The position numbers and the translations under genes are program-made. A stretch of DNA of 64,000 bases from Candidatus Aenigmatarchaeota archaeon (GTDB lineage Archaea > Aenigmatarchaeota > Aenigmatarchaeia > CG10238-14 > SpSt-28): contig JAVYPJ010000002.1 of the NCBI GenBank assembly GCA_038733315.1, positions 1 through 64,000 of the forward strand, read 5' to 3'. The notes below the pieces were generated by a model, which was given only the letters and a program-made list of their open reading frames with translations, searched no databases and had not been told where the DNA came from. The stretch's first letter is position 1. Each line of letters opens with the position of its first letter. Below are positions 1 to 9,492 of the stretch, one piece after another.

Positions 1-3000
1 TAGTAAAAGTCTATATACCCTTCCGCTTGAGTCGCCTGTATCATGTAACATGTAATTTAAATTAATAGAAGTATTAGGTGGTAAGTAGGTTATGTTAAAC
101 CTAAAGTTTGGAGAGCCAGATATATCACCAGTTGCGGCGCCACCAGAGATTGAAGTTGAATCATATTTGGTTAAAATTAGTTCACTATCAATAGATTTAT
201 CATAATATATTACTTCTAATTGATATGCACCCTCTATTCCAGCTTCTCTAGGACCAGCAACACTTAAAGCTGCGATAACACAATCTGATGTTGAAATATT
301 AACATTTATCCAACTAACTATTTCAGCAGATGGTGTTGTTGATGGCAAGTTTATGGATTCTATAATACTGGGCGCAGTTGAGCCTTTAACAATAGGATAA
401 AGGTTTATGGTCACATTTGTTATGTTATAATCTCCATAATTACAAACAGCAAATCTATAAATTTCTCTAGCTGCAGAATCGGCTGTTCCAGCCCTAGGCG
501 GAGAGGTAAATATTATCACAGGAAACTTGTTTTCATCATCAGAAAACTGAAGTTTAAATGATTCATAATAGCTTATGTATGGGTTAATTGTGCTATTTGT
601 CTTTATTTCAACCAAAGCTGTATATTGAATATCTTCAGCATTTTCTGGGACTTCGAACCTAAATAATAAGATATTCTGAGAATAAGAATAAGGAGCATTT
701 GTTGAGGGAGGAATTAGAAAGTTTTGAGTTTTATTATCCCAAAAAAACCAATTTACTTCATTACCTTTTTCATCAAGTATTTTTATTGATACGTTACCTG
801 AGATGGCTATTGATTTATTGTAGTTAGCTAAGGGAACCGCAATACTTGCTAAATGACCTCTAATTACGTAGCCCCATTTTCCAGACGGACCATAAACTTT
901 TATTCTTCTAATCAAGTCAACATCTTTACAGTCTATTACTCTCACATTAATTATGTTAGTTTGCTCTTGAAAATATCCAGATAATCCAGAAATAGTATAC
1001 TTTAGTTTATAATTTCCTAAGGGAGTTTCGGGGGATATTCTAATTCCTCTTGTGTGGATGAAACAGTTATCATCAACACCGTTAGCACATCCTAAAGAGT
1101 TTGCCAATTCGCCTCCAGGAACAATTCTAACATTTCCTAAACCATCGAAATAATCCCATCCATAGGCTGGTAAATCAGAATAGGATGCTCCTCCTTCTGG
1201 TAAAATTTGAAGCTTTCCATTATAGTTAGTTCCATCAGGAAGATCAGTATCACCAGCTAAATCAAGAAGTAATATTGTAAAGTTGTAATCATTTCCTCTA
1301 CAAAGAGTCAATTCATCAACAGCATTCCCACTAAATCTATCTCTTATATACCATTCTACATAAAACCAATATAATATATCTACAGCAATAGCCCATTCTT
1401 TCAGTTCCCTAAATTCATTATTATTGTACTTTATTTTAAGTGGGCCCAATAAACCTAAACTAGGAGAAATATCCGGAGGATCAAATGTATAATTAAGAAA
1501 AATTGGCTTATTTTTTTCAGATTTTAGATGCCAAACTATAACTTTCGAATCTTCCTTTTCAAGAACAATTCCATTTTCAACAGAGATATTCCAATCCTTT
1601 GGTAAATACTCTGTAATCTCAATTAAATTTACATCTATTTTTGGAATAACTTTTATTGTCATTTTTTCACTAGTCGTATAAGCAACCGTTGGACCTATTC
1701 TTTCTATTTCAAATTCTACGAAATCTCTTACCTCAAAGAATGTTTCGTAAGAACTATTTACATATGAGGAAGTGCTACTTGCATATACTTGAATATAATA
1801 TCTTCCCAATTCCTCAGGTACAAAATAATATTCATAAGTACCATCATTATTGTTAATTATTTCTCCAGAATTTGTTGCATAGTTATAATTAAGGAAAATA
1901 TTTTTACCAGAAGGAGTTTTAATACTTAGATTAATATCTGCATCTGTAACTCTTCCTCCATATATATCTAAAACACCAACAATTATTTTAACCTCTTCTC
2001 CTGGCAAATAAATTGATTTTGGTGTGTTAACAACAACTAATCCAACCCCAAATTCAACTTCCTCTTCGCTTAATATTTCTTCTTGTCTTTCTAAAATTTT
2101 AAACAAACCTTTACCTTTTTCTACAAACTTTTCTTCAATTGTTTTGACTTTCAACTTATACAAACCTGGCCTAAAACTTCTTCCAAAATCTAAATCAACA
2201 AAATATTTACCATCTTTTTCATAAATTTCAACCTCTTTTTCATTCCCTTCTGCATCTACTAAATAAGCTTTTATTTTAATATTTTCACTTAATTCTTCTT
2301 CGAATTCTATTTCAAATGTAGCTTTTTCCCCTAAATTATAATTGAATTTTTCCTTTTTAATTTTTAATTTAGCTTTAATTTCTCCAGTAATTTCAAAACT
2401 CAAAGTTTTACTAACATTTCCATATTCATTTTCAGCATAAATTTCTGCATAGTATTTTCCGAAAATTTTTGGCAAAAATTCAAAAACAAACTCAAAACTT
2501 TCGCTATAGCTTTTATTTTCAAAAATAACATTTCCTTTTGGATCCTTTATTTTAACATTTACATTTGAAACAATCAACTTTTCATCTAAGCTTACATTTC
2601 CAAAAATTTTAATTATCTTAAACTCCTTTTTTCCTTTAGTAACATTTTCTATAAGGAGAAAAGCATTTAGATTAATGTTTTGTTTTGTAATATTTTCCAA
2701 ACATTTAACTAGCAAATCAATCTTTTTATAATCATAACTTTCAGAACTTTCAGCAAAAACCTCTAAGCTATAATTTCCACAGTTTTTAGCTTTTAAATTC
2801 CAAGAAATTATTTCGAACTCGTTTTCATTAATCTCTTCTATAACTTTTTGTAAAGGCTCGCTAAAAATAAAATTCTCTTCTACATTTTTTAGAGTAATGC
2901 TTGCATTTAAAATATTTCCATACAAAGCTTTAACATAAACTTTTATTTCAAAATCCTCAAAAATTTCTTGTGGAAATTCTATTTTTTCTATTTTTATTTT

Positions 3001-3576
3001 TGGTTTTAATTCAATTTCCTTAGAAATGTTTTCAATTTCGATATTATACTTTCCAGCCTTTTCTAAATAAGTTTCAAAATAAAACTTCCCATCTTTAACT
3101 TCTAAATAATTTTCTTTTATTGTTTCATTTTCAAAATATATTTTTAAATTTAAGCTATTATAGCATTTTGCCTCTCCAAAAACTTTTAAAATATTTTCTG
3201 AAACATTAACTTCAAAGCTAAACTCTTTTTTATAAATTGGAAATTCAAAAAGCTTTTCATTATTTTCATACTTTACTTTAATTTCTAATTTTTCATCTTC
3301 AGGTAATAAAATATTTTTCTCAAAATATTTGCAATTATAACAAATTTCTGTAAAATTTAAAAAACTTATTTCTACTTCATTTATTTCTTTTTCAAACAAA
3401 ATTCTTATAGTACTTTCTTCCCCAGCACAATTATTTGTAATTTCTACAGAAATGTTTATATCATTTTCTAATACAAAGAATCCAGTATAATTTAAATATC
3501 CTAAAATAGATAGTAGAAATAGAGCTACACTAAAAATACTTGCTGTTTGTAGCTTTACTTTTATGTTAAATAACAT
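1..3576 (-). CDS. Giant secreted/surface protein, partial (>1192 aa, runs off the window start); Ig-like beta-rich repeats and an MG2-like motif
   Basis: Not in the ORF track. ATG at 3576 (MLFNIKVKLQTASIFSVALFLLSILGYLNYTGFFV...). The frame checked at both ends is consistent with being open to position 1. N-terminal hydrophobic segment, VNTPKSIYLPGEEVKI (MG2-like) and many N-x-S/T sequons. Confidence 0.8.
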   Translation of the reverse strand, partial: MLFNIKVKLQTASIFSVALFLLSILGYLNYTGFFVLENDINISVEITNNCAGEESTIRILFEKEINEVEISFLNFTEICYNCKYFEKNILLPEDEKLEIKVKYENNEKLFEFPIYKKEFSFEVNVSENILKVFGEAKCYNSLNLKIYFENETIKENYLEVKDGKFYFETYLEKAGKYNIEIENISKEIELKPKIKIEKIEFPQEIFEDFEIKVYVKALYGNILNASITLKNVEENFIFSEPLQKVIEEINENEFEIISWNLKAKNCGNYSLEVFAESSESYDYKKIDLLVKCLENITKQNINLNAFLLIENVTKGKKEFKIIKIFGNVSLDEKLIVSNVNVKIKDPKGNVIFENKSYSESFEFVFEFLPKIFGKYYAEIYAENEYGNVSKTLSFEITGEIKAKLKIKKEKFNYNLGEKATFEIEFEEELSENIKIKAYLVDAEGNEKEVEIYEKDGKYFVDLDFGRSFRPGLYKLKVKTIEEKFVEKGKGLFKILERQEEILSEEEVEFGVGLVVVNTPKSIYLPGEEVKIIVGVLDIYGGRVTDADINLSIKTPSGKNIFLNYNYATNSGEIINNNDGTYEYYFVPEELGRYYIQVYASSTSSYVNSSYETFFEVRDFVEFEIERIGPTVAYTTSEKMTIKVIPKIDVNLIEITEYLPKDWNISVENGIVLEKEDSKVIVWHLKSEKNKPIFLNYTFDPPDISPSLGLLGPLKIKYNNNEFRELKEWAIAVDILYWFYVEWYIRDRFSGNAVDELTLCRGNDYNFTILLLDLAGDTDLPDGTNYNGKLQILPEGGASYSDLPAYGWDYFDGLGNVRIVPGGELANSLGCANGVDDNCFIHTRGIRISPETPLGNYKLKYTISGLSGYFQEQTNIINVRVIDCKDVDLIRRIKVYGPSGKWGYVIRGHLASIAVPLANYNKSIAISGNVSIKILDEKGNEVNWFFWDNKTQNFLIPPSTNAPYSYSQNILLFRFEVPENAEDIQYTALVEIKTNSTINPYISYYESFKLQFSDDENKFPVIIFTSPPRAGTADSAAREIYRFAVCNYGDYNITNVTINLYPIVKGSTAPSIIESINLPSTTPSAEIVSWINVNISTSDCVIAALSVAGPREAGIEGAYQLEVIYYDKSIDSELILTKYDSTSISGGAATGDISGSPNFRFNITYLPPNTSINLNYMLHDTGDSSGRVYRLLL

Positions 3577-3640
3577 ATTATACTACTAAAATTAATTATA
3601 ATCTGAAACCATTATATTTTAGCATTCGAGTAAAGTGTAT

Positions 3641-3655
3641 GTCGAATAAATCGAC
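3641..3655. promoter_or_regulatory. Palindrome GTCGA-N5-TCGAC, candidate operator upstream of the giant surface protein gene
   Basis: gtcgaataaatcgac. Further TCGA cores at 3626, 3714 and 3752 in an otherwise very AT-rich intergenic region. Confidence 0.35.
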
Positions 3656-3761
3656 TAAACTTAAAATATAGTTAGTTAAAAACCAAAAAAATTAGTTATA
3701 AAAAGAGAAAATGTCGAATGATAAGAAAAAAGTTTAAAAAATAAAGTATTGTCGACTAGGC

Positions 3762-4496
3762 TTAGCTTACTATTATTTTTATAGAGGAAATTATATAGTT
3801 TTTTACTAAAGTTTTCACAAAAATATTTAAATCTTCATTTTTTACTTTTTCTATGTTAACATAAACTGGAAAAGATGCATAAATTATTGTTTCGTTAAAA
3901 TATGATATTTCTCCTAACTCAAAATCTCCTACGGAAGTAAAAGTAGAATTAGTAAAAAATTCTATTATTTCTCCTTCAACTCCATAAAAATCCTTAGCAA
4001 AAGCATATCCTAACAAAATTTCGTTACTTTTCTTCACATTTCTAACAAGCAAATCATTATAAAAAATTTTAATCGAATCATTATAAAGGCTTATTCTAAT
4101 AATTTTTGGCACTTCATTCAAACAAATTAGATTTCTACCTTCAATACTTAATTTTTCTTCTTCAGCGTAGCAAAAATCATAAATATAGGCTTTTTCAAAT
4201 TTAGTATAGTTTATTATTTTTATTTTTTCTTCACTTTCAGATTTCTTACCAATAGATTCGGAATATCCAAAAGGAAAGTGAGTAGTAAAATTTTCATTTT
4301 CTTTTGTAGATTTTTCTTTCTCTATTTCCACATTTTCTAAATATTCGCTAGTTTCATTTTCCTTTTCATACTCTTTTTCTTTAGCTATTTCTCTTTCTTT
4401 AATTATTTGCTCTATGGATTTAGAAAAAAAGTAGGATAAAGCAATTACAATAAGAGTTAATATTAGTGCAACCAAAAAATTTTTAATACTTATCAT
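3762..4496 (-). CDS. Membrane-anchored hypothetical protein, last gene of the pilin-like cluster
   Basis: ORF track 244 aa with an N-terminal TM helix, co-oriented with the pilin cluster. Confidence 0.7.
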   Translation of the reverse strand: MISIKNFLVALILTLIVIALSYFFSKSIEQIIKEREIAKEKEYEKENETSEYLENVEIEKEKSTKENENFTTHFPFGYSESIGKKSESEEKIKIINYTKFEKAYIYDFCYAEEEKLSIEGRNLICLNEVPKIIRISLYNDSIKIFYNDLLVRNVKKSNEILLGYAFAKDFYGVEGEIIEFFTNSTFTSVGDFELGEISYFNETIIYASFPVYVNIEKVKNEDLNIFVKTLVKNYIISSIKIIVS

Positions 4497-4505
4497 AAAA
4501 ATTAA

Positions 4506-5702
4506 TTATTCTATTATTTCATTTAACTGATATTTTTCAATATGATTTGCATCAATATAAAACTTATCAAAGCCAGAAACTTTATAGCTTATTGGAAAAT
4601 CGTTTGAAAAGTAAATATAATCGATATTAGTTTTGTTAACGTAAATCTCTAATCCGCTTAAAATTAAATAATCTTTATTTATAAAGCATTCTAAACCTGC
4701 ATTATAAGTCAAATTATATTTTCCGCTTAGCCAATTTCTTCCCTCTAATCTATCTAAGAAACTACCACCTTCTGAGCTTTCAAAACAAAGCTGATTTTCT
4801 AAAGCATCTTTTAAATTTTGAACATTATACGCAATACCATTTTTAATTAAATAAAAAGTATTGTTTGAAATATTCGATATATTTCCTATAACGTGTGGTA
4901 CTGTTATTATTGAGCTATTTCTCTCTATAATTACTCCACCAAACTGATTTATTACAGAAGAAATTTGAGAATCGTTATTAGTAACTAAGATATAATTATT
5001 TTTGTTTGGTAAGTTTAGTATAGCGTTTCTATCAAAAAGAACTATAACTTTTTTTAATACTATTCCACTTCCATTACCAATAACATCCTTTTTAACAAAA
5101 TAATCTATCTTTTTTGTTCTTATAAAATTAGTTGCTAAACCATTAGAATTTATAACATAGAACGGATCTTCAAACCCAATTATCGAAATATCTTTTTCTA
5201 TATTTTCTACGGATTTCATTCTTTTATTAACATACGAAATATCTATTAAAAAGTATAGCCTTACTTTAATTTTAAAACAATTAGATTGAAATATTTCAAA
5301 ATTCGTTGGTACTATAGAAATATTTATGTTATACTTACCTAAAAAACTTTTTACTCTTGCTTCATAATCTATAAGAGAAGAATTTTGGATTAAATGACTC
5401 TTATCGAAAAAAGATGAATAAAAAAAGGCATTTCTAACACTTTCACTAACATTTTCTATAAAAATACCATTTTCTATTTCGTAGCTTATTATCGAGTTCA
5501 AAATTCTTGGTATAGAAATTTCAAGAAAATTTGATAAATCGCTTTTTATAAATTCTATGGTGTTTAACATAATTTCGATGTCTTTTTCTTCAACGTGTTT
5601 TTTAATGGAGAATTCCTTAAGATTTAAAAATGAAAAAATTGTTATAAACAAAATTCCAGAAAATATAAAAACTAAAACTGAAAAACTTATTCCTTTGGCC
5701 AT
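4506..5702 (-). CDS. Pilus-associated protein with class III-like signal peptide
   Basis: MAKG|ISFSVLVFIF N-terminus; 398 aa; overlaps the upstream gene. Confidence 0.7.
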   Translation of the reverse strand: MAKGISFSVLVFIFSGILFITIFSFLNLKEFSIKKHVEEKDIEIMLNTIEFIKSDLSNFLEISIPRILNSIISYEIENGIFIENVSESVRNAFFYSSFFDKSHLIQNSSLIDYEARVKSFLGKYNINISIVPTNFEIFQSNCFKIKVRLYFLIDISYVNKRMKSVENIEKDISIIGFEDPFYVINSNGLATNFIRTKKIDYFVKKDVIGNGSGIVLKKVIVLFDRNAILNLPNKNNYILVTNNDSQISSVINQFGGVIIERNSSIITVPHVIGNISNISNNTFYLIKNGIAYNVQNLKDALENQLCFESSEGGSFLDRLEGRNWLSGKYNLTYNAGLECFINKDYLILSGLEIYVNKTNIDYIYFSNDFPISYKVSGFDKFYIDANHIEKYQLNEIIE

Positions 5703-7678
5703 ACTAAAACTTTAAGTATTTCTGGACCAAAAAACCATTTTACTCCATAAACATCTTGAGTATCTATATAAATTTCATCTATATCTATATTTCCTATTTG
5801 ATCCCTTAACCTTTGAATAGCATCTTCTATAGAAAGAGTTTTGTTTTCAAAAACATTTCCATAACCAACTAGACCTTTTACTATATACTTTATTTCTAAG
5901 GACGTCCAAGGTAAAATATAATTTGTAGGACTTAAACTCCCGCTAGGTTGAATATCTTTTATTTCTATGGTATTATTACCTATGGAAAATAAACTAGGAT
6001 ATAAGTAAAAATGAGATGGCACAGCTCTAGCAGATGGAGATAAATAGAAAGAAATGTTATTAATAGATGCATTAATCATAGAGCTAAACCCTTGAACTAA
6101 ATGAATAAAAGAGGAAACAATTTTTTCTTCACTTCTATTATAATAAAAAATTTTAGGATTTTCAGCCTTTCCTTCAAATAATATTTCCTTAGTAATATCT
6201 ATCTCACCATATTTTAAATCAGATTCGTTTAGTAAATAAAAAATTTCTATATAGCTTTCATTCGAAATTTCTGCATAATCTTTACCCCAATGATAGTCTC
6301 CAAAAGAATTTAGGTAAATAGACAAAGTATTAGTTCCTTTTTTTAAATAGCTTGTAAGGTTTAGAGTTATGTTAATATCATTCGTTGCTTTAACATCTCT
6401 ACTACAATAATAGTTTCTATAATCTATAGAATTGCAATAGTTAGGAGATGCAGGATAATTAATTTCTATAGTATCATTACCATCTTTATAGATTGGAGTA
6501 TTAGAGTTTAAAAAAATAATTACATCACTAGTGTCTACATTTCTATTTTTAAGATATGTATCTTCTACATTTAAAACCTTTAAATATAAAGTAGCGTTAT
6601 AGAATATAGCATTTTCTGGAATGAAAAATGGAGCTATTATCCAAGCTCCAGTTCTTCCTACTAATTTGTCAAAGTATATTTTTTCTCTATATTCTATTAA
6701 GCCCTCTTTCATTTCTTCAGGTTTTTTTAAAACGAGCGAAATTTTAAAACCCGGATGAAAATGAGTATGATAAGTTTGCGGAGCACCAACAACTATGGAT
6801 ATAGAGTTACTACCTTTTTTAACACAATTTGTAATATTAACTATAGAAAAGATCGCACAAGTAACTTCTGTTCCAGTACCTTCGCATTGAGAATAACTTA
6901 AATTTTTTAAAATATCGTTTTTTATATTACAACTATTTACATAAAAAGATTGGAATAGAGCAGTTTCTGTTTTTATATTACCTACATGCATAGAAACAAA
7001 AAGCATTGCGTTTAATATTTCGTTATCTTCAGAAATATAAAAGTTTTTATAATATTCAAAAACACCACCATTACCAGCGATAACTTTCCAGCCAGAACCG
7101 CTAACAAAAAAATCTATTATTTGAGTTGTTATTTTTTTATATTTAGTTAACCACGCCCTAGCTATATATCCAGATGTTGGCTTACCATATTCAAGGCCAG
7201 AAATGAACATAGATGAAGTTTGAAGTATAGATGAATAATTCTCGCAATTTTTATATATGCTTTCCTCACCTATTTTAATTTCAATGCAATAATCTTTTGC
7301 TATGTTTTCTAAAAATTTCTTAGTTATGTTTTTTGCCAATTCTTTAAGACTTTCATTATTAGCATAAACGCCAGAAATATAAATAGAAGAAATAGTTTCT
7401 GCAACAGATTTGTTCAAATCATCTTCTATAAAAAACTCATTTATTTCAGAATAGTTTAGCTCTTTTAATTTTGTTTTCATCATAGAAAAGAGTATTTCCT
7501 TAGCAAAATTTTTTGTTTCTATTTCGCTATATTCAACAAAAGCCTCAACATTTTTAAATCCAATATTTTCTATTGAAATAAAGTAAAAAATGAAAAATAA
7601 GGATATCGAAAAGATAATAATGGATAAAACAATATCTATAGAAAAAGAGAATAGCTTCATAATTTTATTTCCATACAA
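5687..7678 (-). CDS. Large minor pilin/adhesin-like protein (class III-like signal)
   Basis: MKL|FSFSIDIVLSIIIF (typical xFSxD pilin-like N-terminus); 663 aa with a beta-rich body. Confidence 0.7.
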   Translation of the reverse strand: MYGNKIMKLFSFSIDIVLSIIIFSISLFFIFYFISIENIGFKNVEAFVEYSEIETKNFAKEILFSMMKTKLKELNYSEINEFFIEDDLNKSVAETISSIYISGVYANNESLKELAKNITKKFLENIAKDYCIEIKIGEESIYKNCENYSSILQTSSMFISGLEYGKPTSGYIARAWLTKYKKITTQIIDFFVSGSGWKVIAGNGGVFEYYKNFYISEDNEILNAMLFVSMHVGNIKTETALFQSFYVNSCNIKNDILKNLSYSQCEGTGTEVTCAIFSIVNITNCVKKGSNSISIVVGAPQTYHTHFHPGFKISLVLKKPEEMKEGLIEYREKIYFDKLVGRTGAWIIAPFFIPENAIFYNATLYLKVLNVEDTYLKNRNVDTSDVIIFLNSNTPIYKDGNDTIEINYPASPNYCNSIDYRNYYCSRDVKATNDINITLNLTSYLKKGTNTLSIYLNSFGDYHWGKDYAEISNESYIEIFYLLNESDLKYGEIDITKEILFEGKAENPKIFYYNRSEEKIVSSFIHLVQGFSSMINASINNISFYLSPSARAVPSHFYLYPSLFSIGNNTIEIKDIQPSGSLSPTNYILPWTSLEIKYIVKGLVGYGNVFENKTLSIEDAIQRLRDQIGNIDIDEIYIDTQDVYGVKWFFGPEILKVLVWPKE

Positions 7679-8141
7679 CTAGCTTTATTTCTTCTAGTGA
7701 TACAGTTTCGTTGCTCTTTATTGGCACTATTTTTTTTCTTACAAAAATCTTTTCACTATTATCAAATGAGCAATTTCCTATTTCAAGTTTTTGAATACAA
7801 AAATCATACCTTATATTTAAGAATTTTTTAACATTTTCATACCCAATCTCTTTTATATAGTTAACCTTTTCCATATCAATCTTTCCATCACTTCTTAAAC
7901 CTAAAACTTCAAAATAGCTAACATTCCAACTGCTAGGTTTACCTTCTATGTCTAATAAAACATCTATTGTATCCAAATCTTTCAATAGTGCCAAATCTTC
8001 ATAATACTCTAAAATATCAAACGTTTTTTTCATTTGAATACTAAACAAAAACAGAATTATAGCGGTAAAAATAGTAAAAGATATTAAGAATTCAATCGAA
8101 ATAGTTTGTAACTTAAACAATCGAAATTTTACCATTTTCAA
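7665..8141 (-). CDS. Pilin-like protein (class III signal peptide)
   Basis: KL|QTISIEFLISFTIF; EGKPSSWN motif; C-terminal KLVVWK shared with the downstream gene (KVLVWP). Confidence 0.7.
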   Translation of the reverse strand: MKMVKFRLFKLQTISIEFLISFTIFTAIILFLFSIQMKKTFDILEYYEDLALLKDLDTIDVLLDIEGKPSSWNVSYFEVLGLRSDGKIDMEKVNYIKEIGYENVKKFLNIRYDFCIQKLEIGNCSFDNSEKIFVRKKIVPIKSNETVSLEEIKLVVWK

Positions 8142-8496
8142 TTATTATAGTATTTTTTCCGCTCTTTAAACTACCATTTACACTTTCTATTTTAGTATAG
8201 CATGAAACATTCTCTAAGAAAATTCTGTAGTTTTCTATTTTTATTTCGTTTGGCAAATCTATGAAAAATTCTTCAACATAAGTAATATTTTTTAATATTA
8301 TTGGAAGAAAAGAGTTAAACTTAGATGATATATAATAGCATTCACTCTCAAGAAAAAAATATTTAAGCATTTCCGAATATTTTTTGTACGAATCAAAATA
8401 AAAATAAATAAAAATAAAGAATAGAGATAAAAGAGTAGAAAAACCAATAAAAAATTCTAAGGAAATTTGAAGTTTAAACTTTTTTGATTCTGACAT
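8113..8496 (-). CDS. Pilin-like protein (class III signal peptide)
   Basis: KKFKL|QISLEFFIGF with Q+1 and E+5, followed by a hydrophobic helix. Confidence 0.75.
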   Translation of the reverse strand: MSESKKFKLQISLEFFIGFSTLLSLFFIFIYFYFDSYKKYSEMLKYFFLESECYYISSKFNSFLPIILKNITYVEEFFIDLPNEIKIENYRIFLENVSCYTKIESVNGSLKSGKNTIIIENGKISIV

Positions 8497-8863
8497 AGTC
8501 TTTTATAGCCGCTATTTCTATCCTTTCATTACCAAAAAAACTTTCATTAACAGAAACACTAAACTTTAAGATATAATAAAAATTATTCTTTTCGCACTCA
8601 ACAGCAATAGTATTGTTAGTGATATTATATACTTTTGTTTCCATAGGAAAATTTAATTTTAACACATATTTTGCTGGTTCTCCTTGAGAATAAACCATTT
8701 CAGAGTAGTATATAATTTTTTGGATGTTTATTTCTATTTGCCTAAGATTAATTTCCATAGTTTTCGATAAACTTTCTCTAAAAGCGTAGGAAAAGCCGAG
8801 TATTATTACTAGCATTACAAAGCTAGAAACTAAAAAGTATTCTAAGGCGCTTTGACTTTTCAT
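8474..8863 (-). CDS. Type IV pilin-like protein (class III signal peptide)
   Basis: MKS|QSALEYFLV, the canonical archaeal Q+1/E+5 pilin motif. Confidence 0.8.
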   Translation of the reverse strand: MKSQSALEYFLVSSFVMLVIILGFSYAFRESLSKTMEINLRQIEINIQKIIYYSEMVYSQGEPAKYVLKLNFPMETKVYNITNNTIAVECEKNNFYYILKFSVSVNESFFGNERIEIAAIKDYVRIKKV

Positions 8864-8892
8864 AAAATATTGATTATTGATGAAACTATTTT

Positions 8893-9492
8893 ATGAGAGC
8901 AAAAGACATAATGAATAAAAACATTATTTATGCAAAACCTTATGAAACAATTAAGACAGTTTCTCAAAGAATGATAGAAAAAGATATCTCTGGATTACCA
9001 ATATTAGATGATGAAGGAAAAGTAGTTGGGATAATCTCGAGAACAGATATAATAAAGCTTTCAGAACACTATACAAAGGAAGAATTAGAAAAATTAAAGG
9101 TAGAGGATTTTCTTAAAAAAAGAAGAAAAAAAATTATAGTTGCTAAACCAAATACGCCAATAAAGAAAATAATAAAAATTATGATGAAGGAAAATATTTC
9201 TAGAATTCCAATAATAGATGAAAATAGAAAAATTGTTGGAATAGTAAGTAAGAGCGATATTATTAGAATTATTTCTGCCGAAAGTAAAGAAAAGGCTGAA
9301 GAAAAAATTTTAACTTTAATAGACAAAATTTTAAAAATTTTAGAAGAAAGAAAACAAATTAGTATAACTGAATTATCTAAGGAGTTAAAAGAGGATGAAT
9401 ATTATTTAGAAAAGAATCTCAAAATCTTAGAAAAATATGGTCTAGTAGAGCTTAATTACGTTTTAGGCAATGTAATAATAAAGAAAAAATGA
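8893..9492 (+). CDS. CBS-pair protein with C-terminal winged-helix domain
   Basis: Two CBS motifs (ISGLPILD..GKVVGIIS; ISRIPIID..KIVGIVS) and a C-terminal ISITELSKEL...LEKYGLVEL wHTH; 4-nt overlap with the ATPase gene. Confidence 0.85.
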   Translation: MRAKDIMNKNIIYAKPYETIKTVSQRMIEKDISGLPILDDEGKVVGIISRTDIIKLSEHYTKEELEKLKVEDFLKKRRKKIIVAKPNTPIKKIIKIMMKENISRIPIIDENRKIVGIVSKSDIIRIISAESKEKAEEKILTLIDKILKILEERKQISITELSKELKEDEYYLEKNLKILEKYGLVELNYVLGNVIIKKK

